64,000 nucleotides of DNA, taken from positions 21,312-85,311 of IMG/VR virus record IMGVR_UViG_3300042541_003180. One strand, given 5' to 3'. This document shows positions 27,610 through 38,229 of this stretch, one piece after another. Origin of the DNA: a virus. Numbering within the stretch: position 1 is the stretch's first letter; every line of letters begins with the position of its first letter. A program made the translations under genes and the position numbers. The notes under the pieces are model-generated. The model did no database searches, had not been told where the DNA came from, and was given only the letters and a program-made list of their open reading frames with translations.

Positions 27610-28368
27610 TTAAAATTTTATAAATAATACTTGTACTGGTATACCAAGTTGAAGAGCTATAGTAGACCTTTTGTGTCCTCCAATCAATCTATTATCATTA
27701 CCTTGATTGTCCTTTAAGTTTATAACAAAGGGCGTGGGTAAAGATATTTTACCATTATTTTTAATCAAATCATCATAAGTTATTAAGTATCGTTCAACAT
27801 CTGCTTTAATTGGACAAGTAGGTAATGCACTTTTTAGTTCTTCAATACCTTTTATACCTTTATTTTTAACTTGAAAAGAACCTTTCCATCCTCCCTTTCC
27901 AGATGTACTACCGAATATTTTTGTTAAATCTCCCATATTTCCGGTTGAATCAACATCTTTCCAAGTAACTACACTACATGATTTTATAAAATTTGATACT
28001 TCTTTTATACAAGTTGGATCACCGCCCTCTACAATACCATCTTTATCTGGAACACCAACTATATCCTTTTTAAATTCAATGTTTCCAAATCCTAAACTTT
28101 CAGGATTTTTATTTAACAATAGTTTTTTAATTTCTTCCTTATCGGTTGTTTCTTTTTTAAGATAATTTTTTACTACATAATGAAAAACACTAGGTATTTT
28201 AGCATAAACCCTATCAAAGTTATCTGGTTTAAAAAACAACTCCATATTATTTATCAACTCATGTAGTTCTGATAAAATTGTTTTATCATCTGGTGTAACC
28301 CAATCGATTTCAAATTTCATCTCATTTTCATCTAGTATGAATGATTCATATACTTTTAAATACCTCAT
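27610..28368 (-). CDS. CTS-like protein with C-terminal ParB/Srx-like domain
   Basis: MRYLKVYESFILDE; LPTPFVI...RLIGGHKRSTIALQLGIPV resembles the ParB GxHR motif. Confidence 0.55.
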   Translation of the reverse strand: MRYLKVYESFILDENEMKFEIDWVTPDDKTILSELHELINNMELFFKPDNFDRVYAKIPSVFHYVVKNYLKKETTDKEEIKKLLLNKNPESLGFGNIEFKKDIVGVPDKDGIVEGGDPTCIKEVSNFIKSCSVVTWKDVDSTGNMGDLTKIFGSTSGKGGWKGSFQVKNKGIKGIEELKSALPTCPIKADVERYLITYDDLIKNNGKISLPTPFVINLKDNQGNDNRLIGGHKRSTIALQLGIPVQVLFIKF

Positions 28369-28625
28369 AATTTTTGTAATTTTATTTTCAAATCTCCAGT
28401 TCCTTTTATAACTCTGTGATAAACTCCCATTGGTATAAAAACTTCACCTTGAATAACTTTTGGTAATTCATCATCTAATTGTACTTGCCAATCTGTTTCA
28501 CCAATAGATTCAATTATCCTATCTTCTCTATCTCTGTGCCATTGATAATCTCCAGAGTCAGTATTTTGTTTAAACTCTCTGATAAATATATTATCTGATA
28601 TTATTTCTTCTTTAAACGGTAACAT
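28365..28625 (-). CDS. Small cupin-fold protein
   Basis: WHRDREDR...FIPMGVYHRVIKG cupin His motifs. Confidence 0.7.
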   Translation of the reverse strand: MLPFKEEIISDNIFIREFKQNTDSGDYQWHRDREDRIIESIGETDWQVQLDDELPKVIQGEVFIPMGVYHRVIKGTGDLKIKLQKL

Positions 28626-29209
28626 TATAAAATCTTATTAATTTTTTCAATTGAGGATTCATCAAATATTGCCACATTTTTAGAACCTCTTTCTGCAACC
28701 ATAAATCCATCATATCCTTTTGACTTTATTTGATTGATAATTGGATCACATTCTATTATTTGCCAAGAACCATTCTTTATTAGCCAAAGATAGTTATAAA
28801 CAGTTTGTGAAAAATCTTCTAAATCAAATTCCTTTTCGGTATCATAATCAAATCCTTTGAATCCTTTACCTCTATTTGCTATAAATTTTTTACCATTTGT
28901 AGGATCTTCATATTTATCATCTATCATTTTTTGTAATATTGATTTAAGTTCTAACTCTTTCATAGTCTTTACTTGCATCGGATCACATATTTTTAGATTT
29001 GACTTTATTTTTATTTCCCAAACGGCTCCTTCTGGAAATTGTTCTCTTTCATCGAATCCTGCAAAGTTTTTTGCAAAGTCTAAATTACTTGTTAAAAATA
29101 TAGCACCTGCAAATCTTTTTCTCTTTGGTGGAAAATCTCCTTTTCTATTACCATGATATAACTTTTCTTCTATAGATTCAAATATTTTGTATTCTTTTAA
29201 GTATTTCAT
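28625..29209 (-). CDS. CTS-like protein, ADP-ribosyltransferase-fold (ART-PolyVal-like)
   Basis: MKYLKEYKIFES; LYHG, IFLTSNLDFAKNFA, GAVWEIKI, GYDGFMV, VAIFD. Confidence 0.6.
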   Translation of the reverse strand: MKYLKEYKIFESIEEKLYHGNRKGDFPPKRKRFAGAIFLTSNLDFAKNFAGFDEREQFPEGAVWEIKIKSNLKICDPMQVKTMKELELKSILQKMIDDKYEDPTNGKKFIANRGKGFKGFDYDTEKEFDLEDFSQTVYNYLWLIKNGSWQIIECDPIINQIKSKGYDGFMVAERGSKNVAIFDESSIEKINKIL

Positions 29210-29213
29210 TCTA

Positions 29214-30311
29214 TTATGTTATTTTTATTGCATCAAGCTTTGGTTTTACTATCATATAGATACCCACAGATATTACCAATGTGTCTAATACATTTAGTAT
29301 TGAACCAACGTATGGTATTTTCATAACTGCGGCTTTTATACCTTTTGTAATATCTTCTCCATTAAATCCTACCATTTTCCAAACTTCATCCATCGATTTA
29401 TCTTGTATTGAGTTAGTTAGTTCATCAAAACCACTTGCCTTTGAGACAAAATCTTTAAATTTATTTATACTACCTAAAACTTTATAAAAAATATATAACT
29501 CTAATATTTGAAATAGAAATACGAAAGATTTTCCAAATCTACTCATAGATTCTGATTTACCTGTTGTCAACCAACAAAAAAATTTATCCATTAGTTGTGA
29601 TAGTTTACTTATTCCTTGTTTCATTAAATCCTCGATTTTTGGAATCCAATTAAATGGTGGATAAGTCATTATTTTCTCACCTAATCTTTGTAAAAATGAT
29701 TTTTTTTCTTCTTCACCATTATCCTCTAATAAAAAATTATCATCTAAATAAATAAGTCCTTCATTAGTTCCTAAGTTTAATACACCTGAAAATGTTTCTG
29801 ATAATCTAGTCACTAAATCTGTTATAATTTGACCTGATGCTATATATTTTAGTAGTTCTGATATACTCGTTATATAAGATTTTAGTTTAATTAGTTTTTT
29901 ATTTTCTATAAATTCGATTAGTGGTTCTATAAATCCACTATCTTTTAACGCATGTTCTTTTATTTTCTGTTCCATTGATAAAAATTGTGTCTTAACATAA
30001 TTACCAATTTGTCCTGCTAGTGATTTTGCAAAATCTAATACATCTTTTGCTTTTTTTGCTAAATCAACTAATAGTTCACCTGCTTTAGATTTTACTGCTA
30101 AAACTCCTCTCTTACCTTTATCTACTAAATCAGAAAACCAGGATTCATTTATCATACCATAGTTAGAGTCTATTAGTATTTTCTCATTTATAGTTAAATG
30201 ACTTTCATATAATGAATTGAATATCATAGTAAAGTTAGATATATCATTACTATCAATACCCTCTAATATATTTACTTCTGAAAAATTCTCGTATGTCTTT
30301 AAGTATCTCAT
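29214..30311 (-). CDS. CTS-like helical/membrane protein
   Basis: MRYLKTYENF...ILE-G; internal INE sites; hydrophobic segments near the C-terminus. Confidence 0.55.
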   Translation of the reverse strand: MRYLKTYENFSEVNILEGIDSNDISNFTMIFNSLYESHLTINEKILIDSNYGMINESWFSDLVDKGKRGVLAVKSKAGELLVDLAKKAKDVLDFAKSLAGQIGNYVKTQFLSMEQKIKEHALKDSGFIEPLIEFIENKKLIKLKSYITSISELLKYIASGQIITDLVTRLSETFSGVLNLGTNEGLIYLDDNFLLEDNGEEEKKSFLQRLGEKIMTYPPFNWIPKIEDLMKQGISKLSQLMDKFFCWLTTGKSESMSRFGKSFVFLFQILELYIFYKVLGSINKFKDFVSKASGFDELTNSIQDKSMDEVWKMVGFNGEDITKGIKAAVMKIPYVGSILNVLDTLVISVGIYMIVKPKLDAIKIT

Positions 30312-30326
30312 ATTATTATAAATTTT

Positions 30327-30905
30327 TTACCAGAAGCCGGGGTACGTACGTCCACCCCACAGATGTCCGTATTTATTTATTCTGCATGCCCAATAACCTG
30401 CAGTAGTTTTATCTTTCTTAGTATCACACTTATGTCTTGCTGCAAATGATTTTCTTGCTTTAGGATCACTTACCTTAGCAGTTAGACCACCATGAACATC
30501 TCCAAAGGCAATCTTTTTAACATTTCCAGTTTTAGGATTTCTAACATAAACATGGTATTTCTTAGTACCACCTCTCATAGGTTTATTCAACTCTACTTCT
30601 CTACCTTTGTATTCTGCTTCGTTTAATTCTTCAATAGTTTCCATTGGTAAATCTAAAGGAACTATTTGACCTTCATATTCGGCAAATCGACCTATATCAG
30701 TTGATTCAAATAATTCGGTATCTAATTCAGATAATTCGATTTGATTTGCATCAAATAATTGTCTTGCTTCTTTAATTAGGTTAAAGTATTGATTAGATCC
30801 AGGTCTAAATACATTTTCAACAATAGGTTTATTATTATCGATGTGATATTGTAGATTTTCTGATATTCTACCAGAGAATGATTCAAATAGTTTTAAGTAC
30901 TTCAT
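30327..30905 (-). CDS. CTS-like protein with conserved basic phage domain (AEYKGREVELNKP...ARHKC...YWAC)
   Basis: MKYLKLFESF; ELNE-AEYKG; KKIAFGD, RKSFAARHKC, AGYWACR pattern common in T4-like phages. Confidence 0.65.
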   Translation of the reverse strand: MKYLKLFESFSGRISENLQYHIDNNKPIVENVFRPGSNQYFNLIKEARQLFDANQIELSELDTELFESTDIGRFAEYEGQIVPLDLPMETIEELNEAEYKGREVELNKPMRGGTKKYHVYVRNPKTGNVKKIAFGDVHGGLTAKVSDPKARKSFAARHKCDTKKDKTTAGYWACRINKYGHLWGGRTYPGFW

Positions 30906-30926
30906 ATTAAGTAAATAATTTTTTAG

Positions 30927-30964
30927 TATATATTAATTATCAAGAACTCAAAATTTAATATATA
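30927..30964. promoter_or_regulatory. Divergent TAATATATA late promoters
   Basis: - strand 30927-30935 and + strand 30956-30964. Confidence 0.7.
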
Positions 30965-30985
30965 ATCAAAACTCAATAAAATTAA

Positions 30986-33900
30986 ATGTCTAGTCACGAA
31001 AACTTATATTTCTTTAATAAACAAGGAGATGCTCTAAACTTTAGATATGATGATACAACTCAACTATTCCAAGGAGATATTCTATTTGATGAAAATTCAA
31101 ACGATACTTTTAAAACATTTGCTCTTTATACATTAGAGCGAATTGAAGCATTTGATTTTGAATCACCTGGTGATTTAGGAACTAATAAATTTCAGTTATT
31201 TAATGAGTATGGACTACATTATTATGGATGTACTAATTCATCTCAACAACAAATAACTAAAATAGAACCTGCTAATAATGATCCTGATTTTTATTCTAAA
31301 TGGATCTATGGACAGAATTTTGAGTCTAAGTTTCCCGTTGGAACTTTAATTGTATTTAATCAAAATCTATTAGAGTTTACAAATATAAATCAAACGTTTG
31401 TTGTTGTTGGAACTAAAAAGAATGCTATTTTAATTATTTCAACGGTTGATAACTCTACATTTGAAAGTACATATTATAATGATTATATAAATAATTCTTT
31501 ATATTCTGGAAAAACAATATCTGGTATTGATGCAATTGGTATTTATAACTATATTGATACAAATTATGTTAATAATTTATCACCTTGGAATGAACCTAAT
31601 TTTTATGATAAAGTTTATAAAGGTAAGAAATTAAATATTATAAACAGTAAATCAAATGATGGTACTTATACTATTAAGGGTCCTGAAATTACTGATATTA
31701 TGCATTTTGAATATTCGCTTAGTCAAGCAGTTCTACCAGTAGATTCTGATTTAATTATTGAAGTTGTTTTAGGTACAGATTTACCTAAATTATATGATGG
31801 TGGTTTGAATATAACTGGTGATAATAGAATATTAGTAAATGATTATATACATTATCCAAGGTTATTACGAGCAGGACAAGAGTTTAAAATAGTTGGTTCA
31901 GTTCTTAATGAAAACTTTTTAACAGTTGCGGATATTTATGATTTTGAATCAATTTATACTACTAAACATTATGAGTTAGACGATCAAATATACTTTCAAG
32001 GTAAATTATATCAATGTATTTTAGGTTATACACATAGTTATACTGATGATGCTACTAGATATTTAACTCCTAATGTAGATACCACTCACTGGTCTAATCC
32101 AACTTATATTAAAGTAAATGAAACTACGACTGTTGAACCTTTACTTTTTGCTCAGTTATATTTAACAAAAGAAAAGTATTATTATGATTATGGTTATACA
32201 CAATCTGCTTCGGTAACATTGGCTTCTGCTGCGGAAAAATATAAAACAGATTTAAGTATATTTAATGTTGATCTTTATTATGATAAAGGATATTTAAAAG
32301 CAGACTTAGTTTATCCTAGTAGATACGCTAGAGTTAATTTTTATCATACCTCAGTTGATCCTCTAAACACTATAGGAACAGAATACAGATCATTTGAGAG
32401 ACTTTTACAAGTAAATGAGACACTTACTCCGGAGTTCAATTATGATTACTCAGAGAACTTTAAATACAATATTGTATTTACTGATTTAGATGAATATGGT
32501 TTAAAGTTAATTATAAATAAACAAGTTTACGAAGAAGAAATTTCATATGTTTATAGTGGTATTGGTCTAGATATGCCTAGAACGATTGATAAAACACTTA
32601 GAAATTGGTTAACAAGAAATTATCTTACCTTATATAAATTAGGACTTGATGTAGAGTTGGCTTATACTTATGTTCCAAACTTAGGATTACCTATTAACTC
32701 ATTGTTTTACAACTCAATTGTGGTAAGAACGGAATATCCAAATGTTCCAGTTGATATAAGTGATGTTTTAGTTGGAACAACTGCTAATTATTTCATTGAG
32801 CACTCAAGAGTACTTTTTAATGATTTAGGACCTTCTTTGAATATAAAGATAAATAATAAGGATCATATTATACAAACATCAAACTTTTATGTATTAAATA
32901 TAAATGCTAATTTATTACCACTTAATAGTGAAGTTATTGGTGCGACTGCTGGAACATATAGTACAATATTTAGTACAGGTGATACTGCAAATATATCTGT
33001 TGGTATTGATGGAAAGGTATCATCAATTGTACTTTCATCAGTTGGTAATATTGGATATTCAATAGGTTCGACATTTAGTTTAGAATTTGGTGGTATAAAT
33101 GGTACGTCATCTATTTTATTTGAAGTTGGTGTCAACGATTTACAAATAAAGGCCGACGTTCCAAAAACATTACAATCTTGGATTGACTTATATGCAACTG
33201 ATTTATTAGAATATGGTTTTATTGTTACAAATATAAATAGTGTTTTAAAGTTTGATGTTAAACAAACAGACGTTGCTTTTGATTACACAATAAAAACTGG
33301 TAAAGTTAATTTACCTGGGTTATCAGATTATGTGATAACTAATAAAATGAGAGGTAATTTTGGTGGTTTAATTACTTCTAATGAAGTTATACTTTCTGCA
33401 ACCTCTTCATATTCATTTGAACAAGAAGGATTTGCAACTGGTATGGTATTTTCAATTAATAATACATTCTGGCCTTTAATGAATGTCGAATATAACATTC
33501 AATACTTAGATCCATTAGTACTTAATTTAAGTTATGAAGGTCCTTTCTGGGATTACAATAATACAATCTGTGATAAATCTCCATTTGTTACGATTGCATT
33601 TAATTTGGGATTTGGTCAAACTGGTTGTGGTGCTATTAGTTCCACCGGGATTGGAGGTCAATTTAATCAGTATCAATTTGATGATACTCAGTTTAATATT
33701 GTTTTCTATCCAAATACTTATCAAATAAGTGATTATGCTTCTACTACTAATTTAGTTGATATTAAATATATTCAATTATCAAACACAATTTTATCATATG
33801 GTGATAATTTGGTTGTACACGACTCTTATACTGGTACTTTCTTAATAGAAATTGAGTTGGTTGGTAATGTCGATAGTATTAAAATGGAATATAACCCAGT

Positions 33901-36900
33901 AAACAACTATGTTTATTGTTTATCTAAAAATATTGTTTGGATAGTTGATCCTTCTACAAATCTTTTACTTACGTCATTTACTTTAAGTTATGATGCTGTT
34001 GATTTACAAATAAATCCTATTAATGGTGATGTTTATATTACTTATAGTAATTTATCTCAAGTACATATTTTCTATTCTACGACATTTAATGGAGTTCTAG
34101 ATGATTATATAGTATCAACATTTGGTAATACTGGTAAAATGGCTTTTAGTGAGTTTGAACAAGATATGTATGTTGTTACAACTAATAATGTTTTAAGAAT
34201 TAATGGTACAAATAGAACTTTACTAACATCTTATAGTGTTCCTGGTGCAATTGATGTCATTGTATATGAACCAGTTAATGAGTCAATATATGTTTATGGT
34301 GCTAGTAATTTATACCAAATAGATAATGGTTCTATTAATAGTATATCTGTTACAACAGAGTCATTTAATGATATTATCTTTAATAATTTAACTGGAGATA
34401 TGAATATATCTGATTCTTCTAATCAGATTAAGAGATTAAGTTTAGATGGTACAATAGTTAATGATGTTAATATTTCTAATCACGGTTATATGGCTTTAAA
34501 TCAATATGATGGAGCTATTTATATATCATCTCAAAATACCAATTCGGTTATTGTTGTTGATTCGATTACTAACCAATTGGTATATATGAATAGTTTAATT
34601 GCACCAACGACAAAATTATGTTATAATCCTGATAGAAAATCTATATGGGTATTACAACCATCACTTAACCAATTAGTTGAGATATTAGTTGAATTAAAAA
34701 ATGAAATAACAACTGAACCTGCTGTAGTGGAAGAAGTTATAGTAGATAATTTATATGGAACGTTACATCCTTCGTTTAAAGAAAGAGATGATATGTGGTT
34801 AAAAACTAGAGATTATTTTAGAAGACCTAGAGAAAACTTTAATACGGACTATAGAGTTAAGTATTATTGGAAATGGTTCTCTGATAATATTCCTCAGTTC
34901 TTTATGTATGATTTTTCCGGAGAACAATTATCACAAACAACAACTGGTTCATACTCGTATGTTGGACCAACACCATTATCTACGGTTGTTTTAAATAAAA
35001 AATCAAACAAGGATGTTACTAAGGTTTCTCTTCCTGAGTATCAACAAACAATATTTGATAAAATTGAGTATCCATTGAGTTATATTGATGACGAACTTGA
35101 TATTTCAACCGATGTTGAACCTTTACAATTATTCATTGGGTTTAGAGCTGATAATGAGGGTGCTTTACGTTCTTTACTTCAGTTATATAAAAAAGAAGAT
35201 ATTTCTTTAAAAATTAATTCTAATAACTATAATCAAGTTTATTTAGAAACATTAGATGTAAATGGTCCTGATAAGAGAGGTATGATTTCATTAGGTCAGT
35301 ATTCTACCGCATCATTTGTAGATAGTGGATTAAAATCTGGTCAGCATATTGTTATTTATCTTAAAGACAATCAAAATAGAAGAAATCAATATATTTCTAA
35401 TAATAATGGTAGTATATTTAAAATTAGAGACGTTTATACTAGTCAAATAATAGTAGATTTCTTTAATATTACTAATGATATAATTGATACAGAGACTTCA
35501 ATAATTGTTGATTATCCAAAATCTGGTGAAACTACATATTTAGATTTCACTATTGAAGTTATTGATAAGGAAATTGGTAGATTCTTTACTTATGGTCAAA
35601 CAGAAGAAGAAGATATACGTTTTAAGATCGAATTAGGAAATGTTGGTAAGTTAATTGCACCAGATGATGTATTTATATTTAAACAATATGATATAGAAGA
35701 AGGTGGTATTGATTGGTTATATCTTAATAAGAAGAGAAAGGAGATGTTGATGATGAAACATTTAATTTATCCTTATATTGGCTCTTATAAGTCAATTATT
35801 AATGCAATTAACTTCTTTGGATATAATGATTTACAATTAAATGAATATTATAGAAATATAGATCCTAGTGCCGTTAACTTTACTAAGTTGTTTAAAGTTG
35901 AAATACCTGATATTTTTGACAATACAGTTGAAGGCTGGACTGAAAATGATTTTATCAAACATACAATGCCAAATGATAATTTTGAAGAAACTAACTTATT
36001 TAACTTAACTTACTTTATTACTGATAAAGAGGGTAATAATATTTTAAACTATACGTTAGATGAGATTATTATAAAATTACAGGGATTAAAATACTGGTTA
36101 AAGAAAAATATAATTCCGTTAACACATAAAATACTTGATATTACAGGAAGTGCATACTTTACGGGTGGTACTCAAATACAACATAGATTACACGATATAA
36201 GAATAGTTAATATTTATGATAATATGACACCTATTACATTTAAGTTAAATGAAGCTTATCTTATGCCAGTTAATAGTGGTTCTACTGTTTATAATTGTGT
36301 ATTGGATTTTTATAGTATTATACCAGATGTTGGTGCAGATAAAACTAAAACAGGTTTAGTTGTACCACCAACTCCATTTAATGGCAAAACCTTAGTTTTA
36401 CCCGACTATTTTACTGTTAAGATTAGAACTTATAAAACATATAAAGAGTGGGCACCATTCGCTACGTATGATTTGGGTGACAGAGTGACTTACTATGGTA
36501 AGTTATATGAATCTGCGACTTCTTCAAATAAAGTCAATTCTCCAAGAGAGTATGAAACGGTTACTCCTTGGTTATCTGGTGATGTGTATGATTTAACAAG
36601 TATAGTAGAGTATAATAGAAATATTTATGTATTTACTAAAAATGCAACTGCATCAACTATTACTCCTTATGCAGATAATTTTAATTGGAATCAAATTAAT
36701 AAATGGATAGAAATTGATTGGTCACCAGTTCAAACTATTTCTGAGTTTAGATCAGGTAATAATTTACTTCCTTTTAACTTTACATTGGACTCAAATATAG
36801 ATCCTTTTGTTACGGTGGAAGTTATTTCTGATAATGGTTATGGATGTGTTTATAATGATAAGAAAAACTATGAAATAAGAGGTTTAAAAGACTTAACTTT

Positions 36901-37033
36901 ACCATATAAAGATATTGAGCCGGTTGGACCATTTGAACCTATTATATTGAATACTATTCAACCAACTGTTCAACCTAAAAAGAATTTGACTTTTAATCCT
37001 GGGTTAAATACTGTGGCAATTGAATCACCTTAA
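30986..37033 (+). CDS. Large structural protein (baseplate wedge-like) with YVTN/YncE-type beta-propeller
   Basis: 2015 aa. Repeats YNPVNNYVY/INPINGDVY/YEPVNESIY/YNPDRKSIW; YPYIGSYKSIINAINFFGY baseplate-like segment; W...YDLGDRVTYYGKLYE carbohydrate-binding-like repeats. Confidence 0.6.
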   Translation: MSSHENLYFFNKQGDALNFRYDDTTQLFQGDILFDENSNDTFKTFALYTLERIEAFDFESPGDLGTNKFQLFNEYGLHYYGCTNSSQQQITKIEPANNDPDFYSKWIYGQNFESKFPVGTLIVFNQNLLEFTNINQTFVVVGTKKNAILIISTVDNSTFESTYYNDYINNSLYSGKTISGIDAIGIYNYIDTNYVNNLSPWNEPNFYDKVYKGKKLNIINSKSNDGTYTIKGPEITDIMHFEYSLSQAVLPVDSDLIIEVVLGTDLPKLYDGGLNITGDNRILVNDYIHYPRLLRAGQEFKIVGSVLNENFLTVADIYDFESIYTTKHYELDDQIYFQGKLYQCILGYTHSYTDDATRYLTPNVDTTHWSNPTYIKVNETTTVEPLLFAQLYLTKEKYYYDYGYTQSASVTLASAAEKYKTDLSIFNVDLYYDKGYLKADLVYPSRYARVNFYHTSVDPLNTIGTEYRSFERLLQVNETLTPEFNYDYSENFKYNIVFTDLDEYGLKLIINKQVYEEEISYVYSGIGLDMPRTIDKTLRNWLTRNYLTLYKLGLDVELAYTYVPNLGLPINSLFYNSIVVRTEYPNVPVDISDVLVGTTANYFIEHSRVLFNDLGPSLNIKINNKDHIIQTSNFYVLNINANLLPLNSEVIGATAGTYSTIFSTGDTANISVGIDGKVSSIVLSSVGNIGYSIGSTFSLEFGGINGTSSILFEVGVNDLQIKADVPKTLQSWIDLYATDLLEYGFIVTNINSVLKFDVKQTDVAFDYTIKTGKVNLPGLSDYVITNKMRGNFGGLITSNEVILSATSSYSFEQEGFATGMVFSINNTFWPLMNVEYNIQYLDPLVLNLSYEGPFWDYNNTICDKSPFVTIAFNLGFGQTGCGAISSTGIGGQFNQYQFDDTQFNIVFYPNTYQISDYASTTNLVDIKYIQLSNTILSYGDNLVVHDSYTGTFLIEIELVGNVDSIKMEYNPVNNYVYCLSKNIVWIVDPSTNLLLTSFTLSYDAVDLQINPINGDVYITYSNLSQVHIFYSTTFNGVLDDYIVSTFGNTGKMAFSEFEQDMYVVTTNNVLRINGTNRTLLTSYSVPGAIDVIVYEPVNESIYVYGASNLYQIDNGSINSISVTTESFNDIIFNNLTGDMNISDSSNQIKRLSLDGTIVNDVNISNHGYMALNQYDGAIYISSQNTNSVIVVDSITNQLVYMNSLIAPTTKLCYNPDRKSIWVLQPSLNQLVEILVELKNEITTEPAVVEEVIVDNLYGTLHPSFKERDDMWLKTRDYFRRPRENFNTDYRVKYYWKWFSDNIPQFFMYDFSGEQLSQTTTGSYSYVGPTPLSTVVLNKKSNKDVTKVSLPEYQQTIFDKIEYPLSYIDDELDISTDVEPLQLFIGFRADNEGALRSLLQLYKKEDISLKINSNNYNQVYLETLDVNGPDKRGMISLGQYSTASFVDSGLKSGQHIVIYLKDNQNRRNQYISNNNGSIFKIRDVYTSQIIVDFFNITNDIIDTETSIIVDYPKSGETTYLDFTIEVIDKEIGRFFTYGQTEEEDIRFKIELGNVGKLIAPDDVFIFKQYDIEEGGIDWLYLNKKRKEMLMMKHLIYPYIGSYKSIINAINFFGYNDLQLNEYYRNIDPSAVNFTKLFKVEIPDIFDNTVEGWTENDFIKHTMPNDNFEETNLFNLTYFITDKEGNNILNYTLDEIIIKLQGLKYWLKKNIIPLTHKILDITGSAYFTGGTQIQHRLHDIRIVNIYDNMTPITFKLNEAYLMPVNSGSTVYNCVLDFYSIIPDVGADKTKTGLVVPPTPFNGKTLVLPDYFTVKIRTYKTYKEWAPFATYDLGDRVTYYGKLYESATSSNKVNSPREYETVTPWLSGDVYDLTSIVEYNRNIYVFTKNATASTITPYADNFNWNQINKWIEIDWSPVQTISEFRSGNNLLPFNFTLDSNIDPFVTVEVISDNGYGCVYNDKKNYEIRGLKDLTLPYKDIEPVGPFEPIILNTIQPTVQPKKNLTFNPGLNTVAIESP

Positions 37034-37038
37034 AAAAT

Positions 37039-37068
37039 AAAACCCTTAGATTTCTCTAAGGGTTTTTT
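37039..37068. terminator. Bidirectional intrinsic terminator
   Basis: aaaacccttaga-tttc-tctaagggtttttt. Confidence 0.85.
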
Positions 37069-37069
37069 A

Positions 37070-37738
37070 TTACTTAACTTCTTCAAACTCAATTTCTGTT
37101 TGTATACTTTTAGGTTGTTCCATTGCAACATTATCATCAAAGCAAGCTACCCAGTCTTGAATGTCTGCTGCTAGATTTTTACCAATTGTATCATAGTAAT
37201 TAAAAACTTTACTAACTGCGCCAATTCTTTTAAGAATTTCAGAGAAAGTATAAGTATCTTTAGTTAATCCTTTAACTTTATGTTCTGCAATTAAGTGATA
37301 GATATAAGTTATTTCTGTTGCATTAACTAGAAATGCAAATGAATCATTATCATTATTGAAAACTTTACTGTCTTCTCTCATTGTACCTAATACTTCTGTT
37401 AGTTCAATTGCAATGAATACAGTGTTAATATCATATTCTAACTTACCTTGAATTAAATCACTTAAATATTTCCATTGTGCTCTATTTAAGTTAAAGTTAT
37501 ACTTTGTTGATTTTAGTGCATTCGTGTAATCTGCCCAAAGTTGTTGTGCATCTTTGTAAAGATTATCTTTTTCTAAATCACTTTTACCTTTACCATTATT
37601 ATTTTTGGTGAAGTCTAATACTGCTTGATACTTAGTATCTAAGTTATTCTCAAAATCCTCTCCAATATTTCTATAGTCAATATCATTCTCCGTGAAAATA
37701 ACACTTGGTTTAACTACATTTGTTTGTATATCTGACAT
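37070..37738 (-). CDS. Hypothetical protein
   Basis: 222 aa ORF. Confidence 0.7.
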   Translation of the reverse strand: MSDIQTNVVKPSVIFTENDIDYRNIGEDFENNLDTKYQAVLDFTKNNNGKGKSDLEKDNLYKDAQQLWADYTNALKSTKYNFNLNRAQWKYLSDLIQGKLEYDINTVFIAIELTEVLGTMREDSKVFNNDNDSFAFLVNATEITYIYHLIAEHKVKGLTKDTYTFSEILKRIGAVSKVFNYYDTIGKNLAADIQDWVACFDDNVAMEQPKSIQTEIEFEEVK

Positions 37739-37754
37739 ATTTATTTAATTATTT

Positions 37755-38180
37755 TTATACGATAAAATCGTTATCTTGGTCTTCTTTTTGTTCAACAAAA
37801 AGTGCTTCAACTTGATTAGCTCTACTAACTTTTTCAACTCCGTATTTTACTACGATTGATGAGAATGTATTGAAGTCAGTTCCTACTAATTTAATTTTAC
37901 CACTTTCTAAATTCATGTTGATTTTATCAATTTCTTGTTCAATTAGAATGGTTCTTGATTCTTCATCAAACGCATCCATTAAATCTTCATTGATAGTAAC
38001 TTTTAAATCTTTTTTAAGAACAAATGCGTAATCATCTGCAATCTTAGCGATTTTAATAAGTTGTTTTTGTTTTTTTACTCCGATAAATTGAAAGTCAATT
38101 TGTACAGGAAATGTTTTTTTATTAAAAACATCAAAAAAATCATTTATTGTATCCTCCGATAGCTCATAAAAATTATCCAT
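37755..38180 (-). CDS. Phage metallopeptidase-like fold, catalytic HExxH lost
   Basis: VTINEDLMDAFDEESRTILIEQEIDKI...DFNTFSSIVVKYG resembles the phage metallopeptidase pattern without His residues. Confidence 0.45.
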   Translation of the reverse strand: MDNFYELSEDTINDFFDVFNKKTFPVQIDFQFIGVKKQKQLIKIAKIADDYAFVLKKDLKVTINEDLMDAFDEESRTILIEQEIDKINMNLESGKIKLVGTDFNTFSSIVVKYGVEKVSRANQVEALFVEQKEDQDNDFIV

Positions 38181-38229
38181 ATTATATTTATATTTTTATA
38201 TTATAAAAAATAATGTGAAAAAGTTTTAC

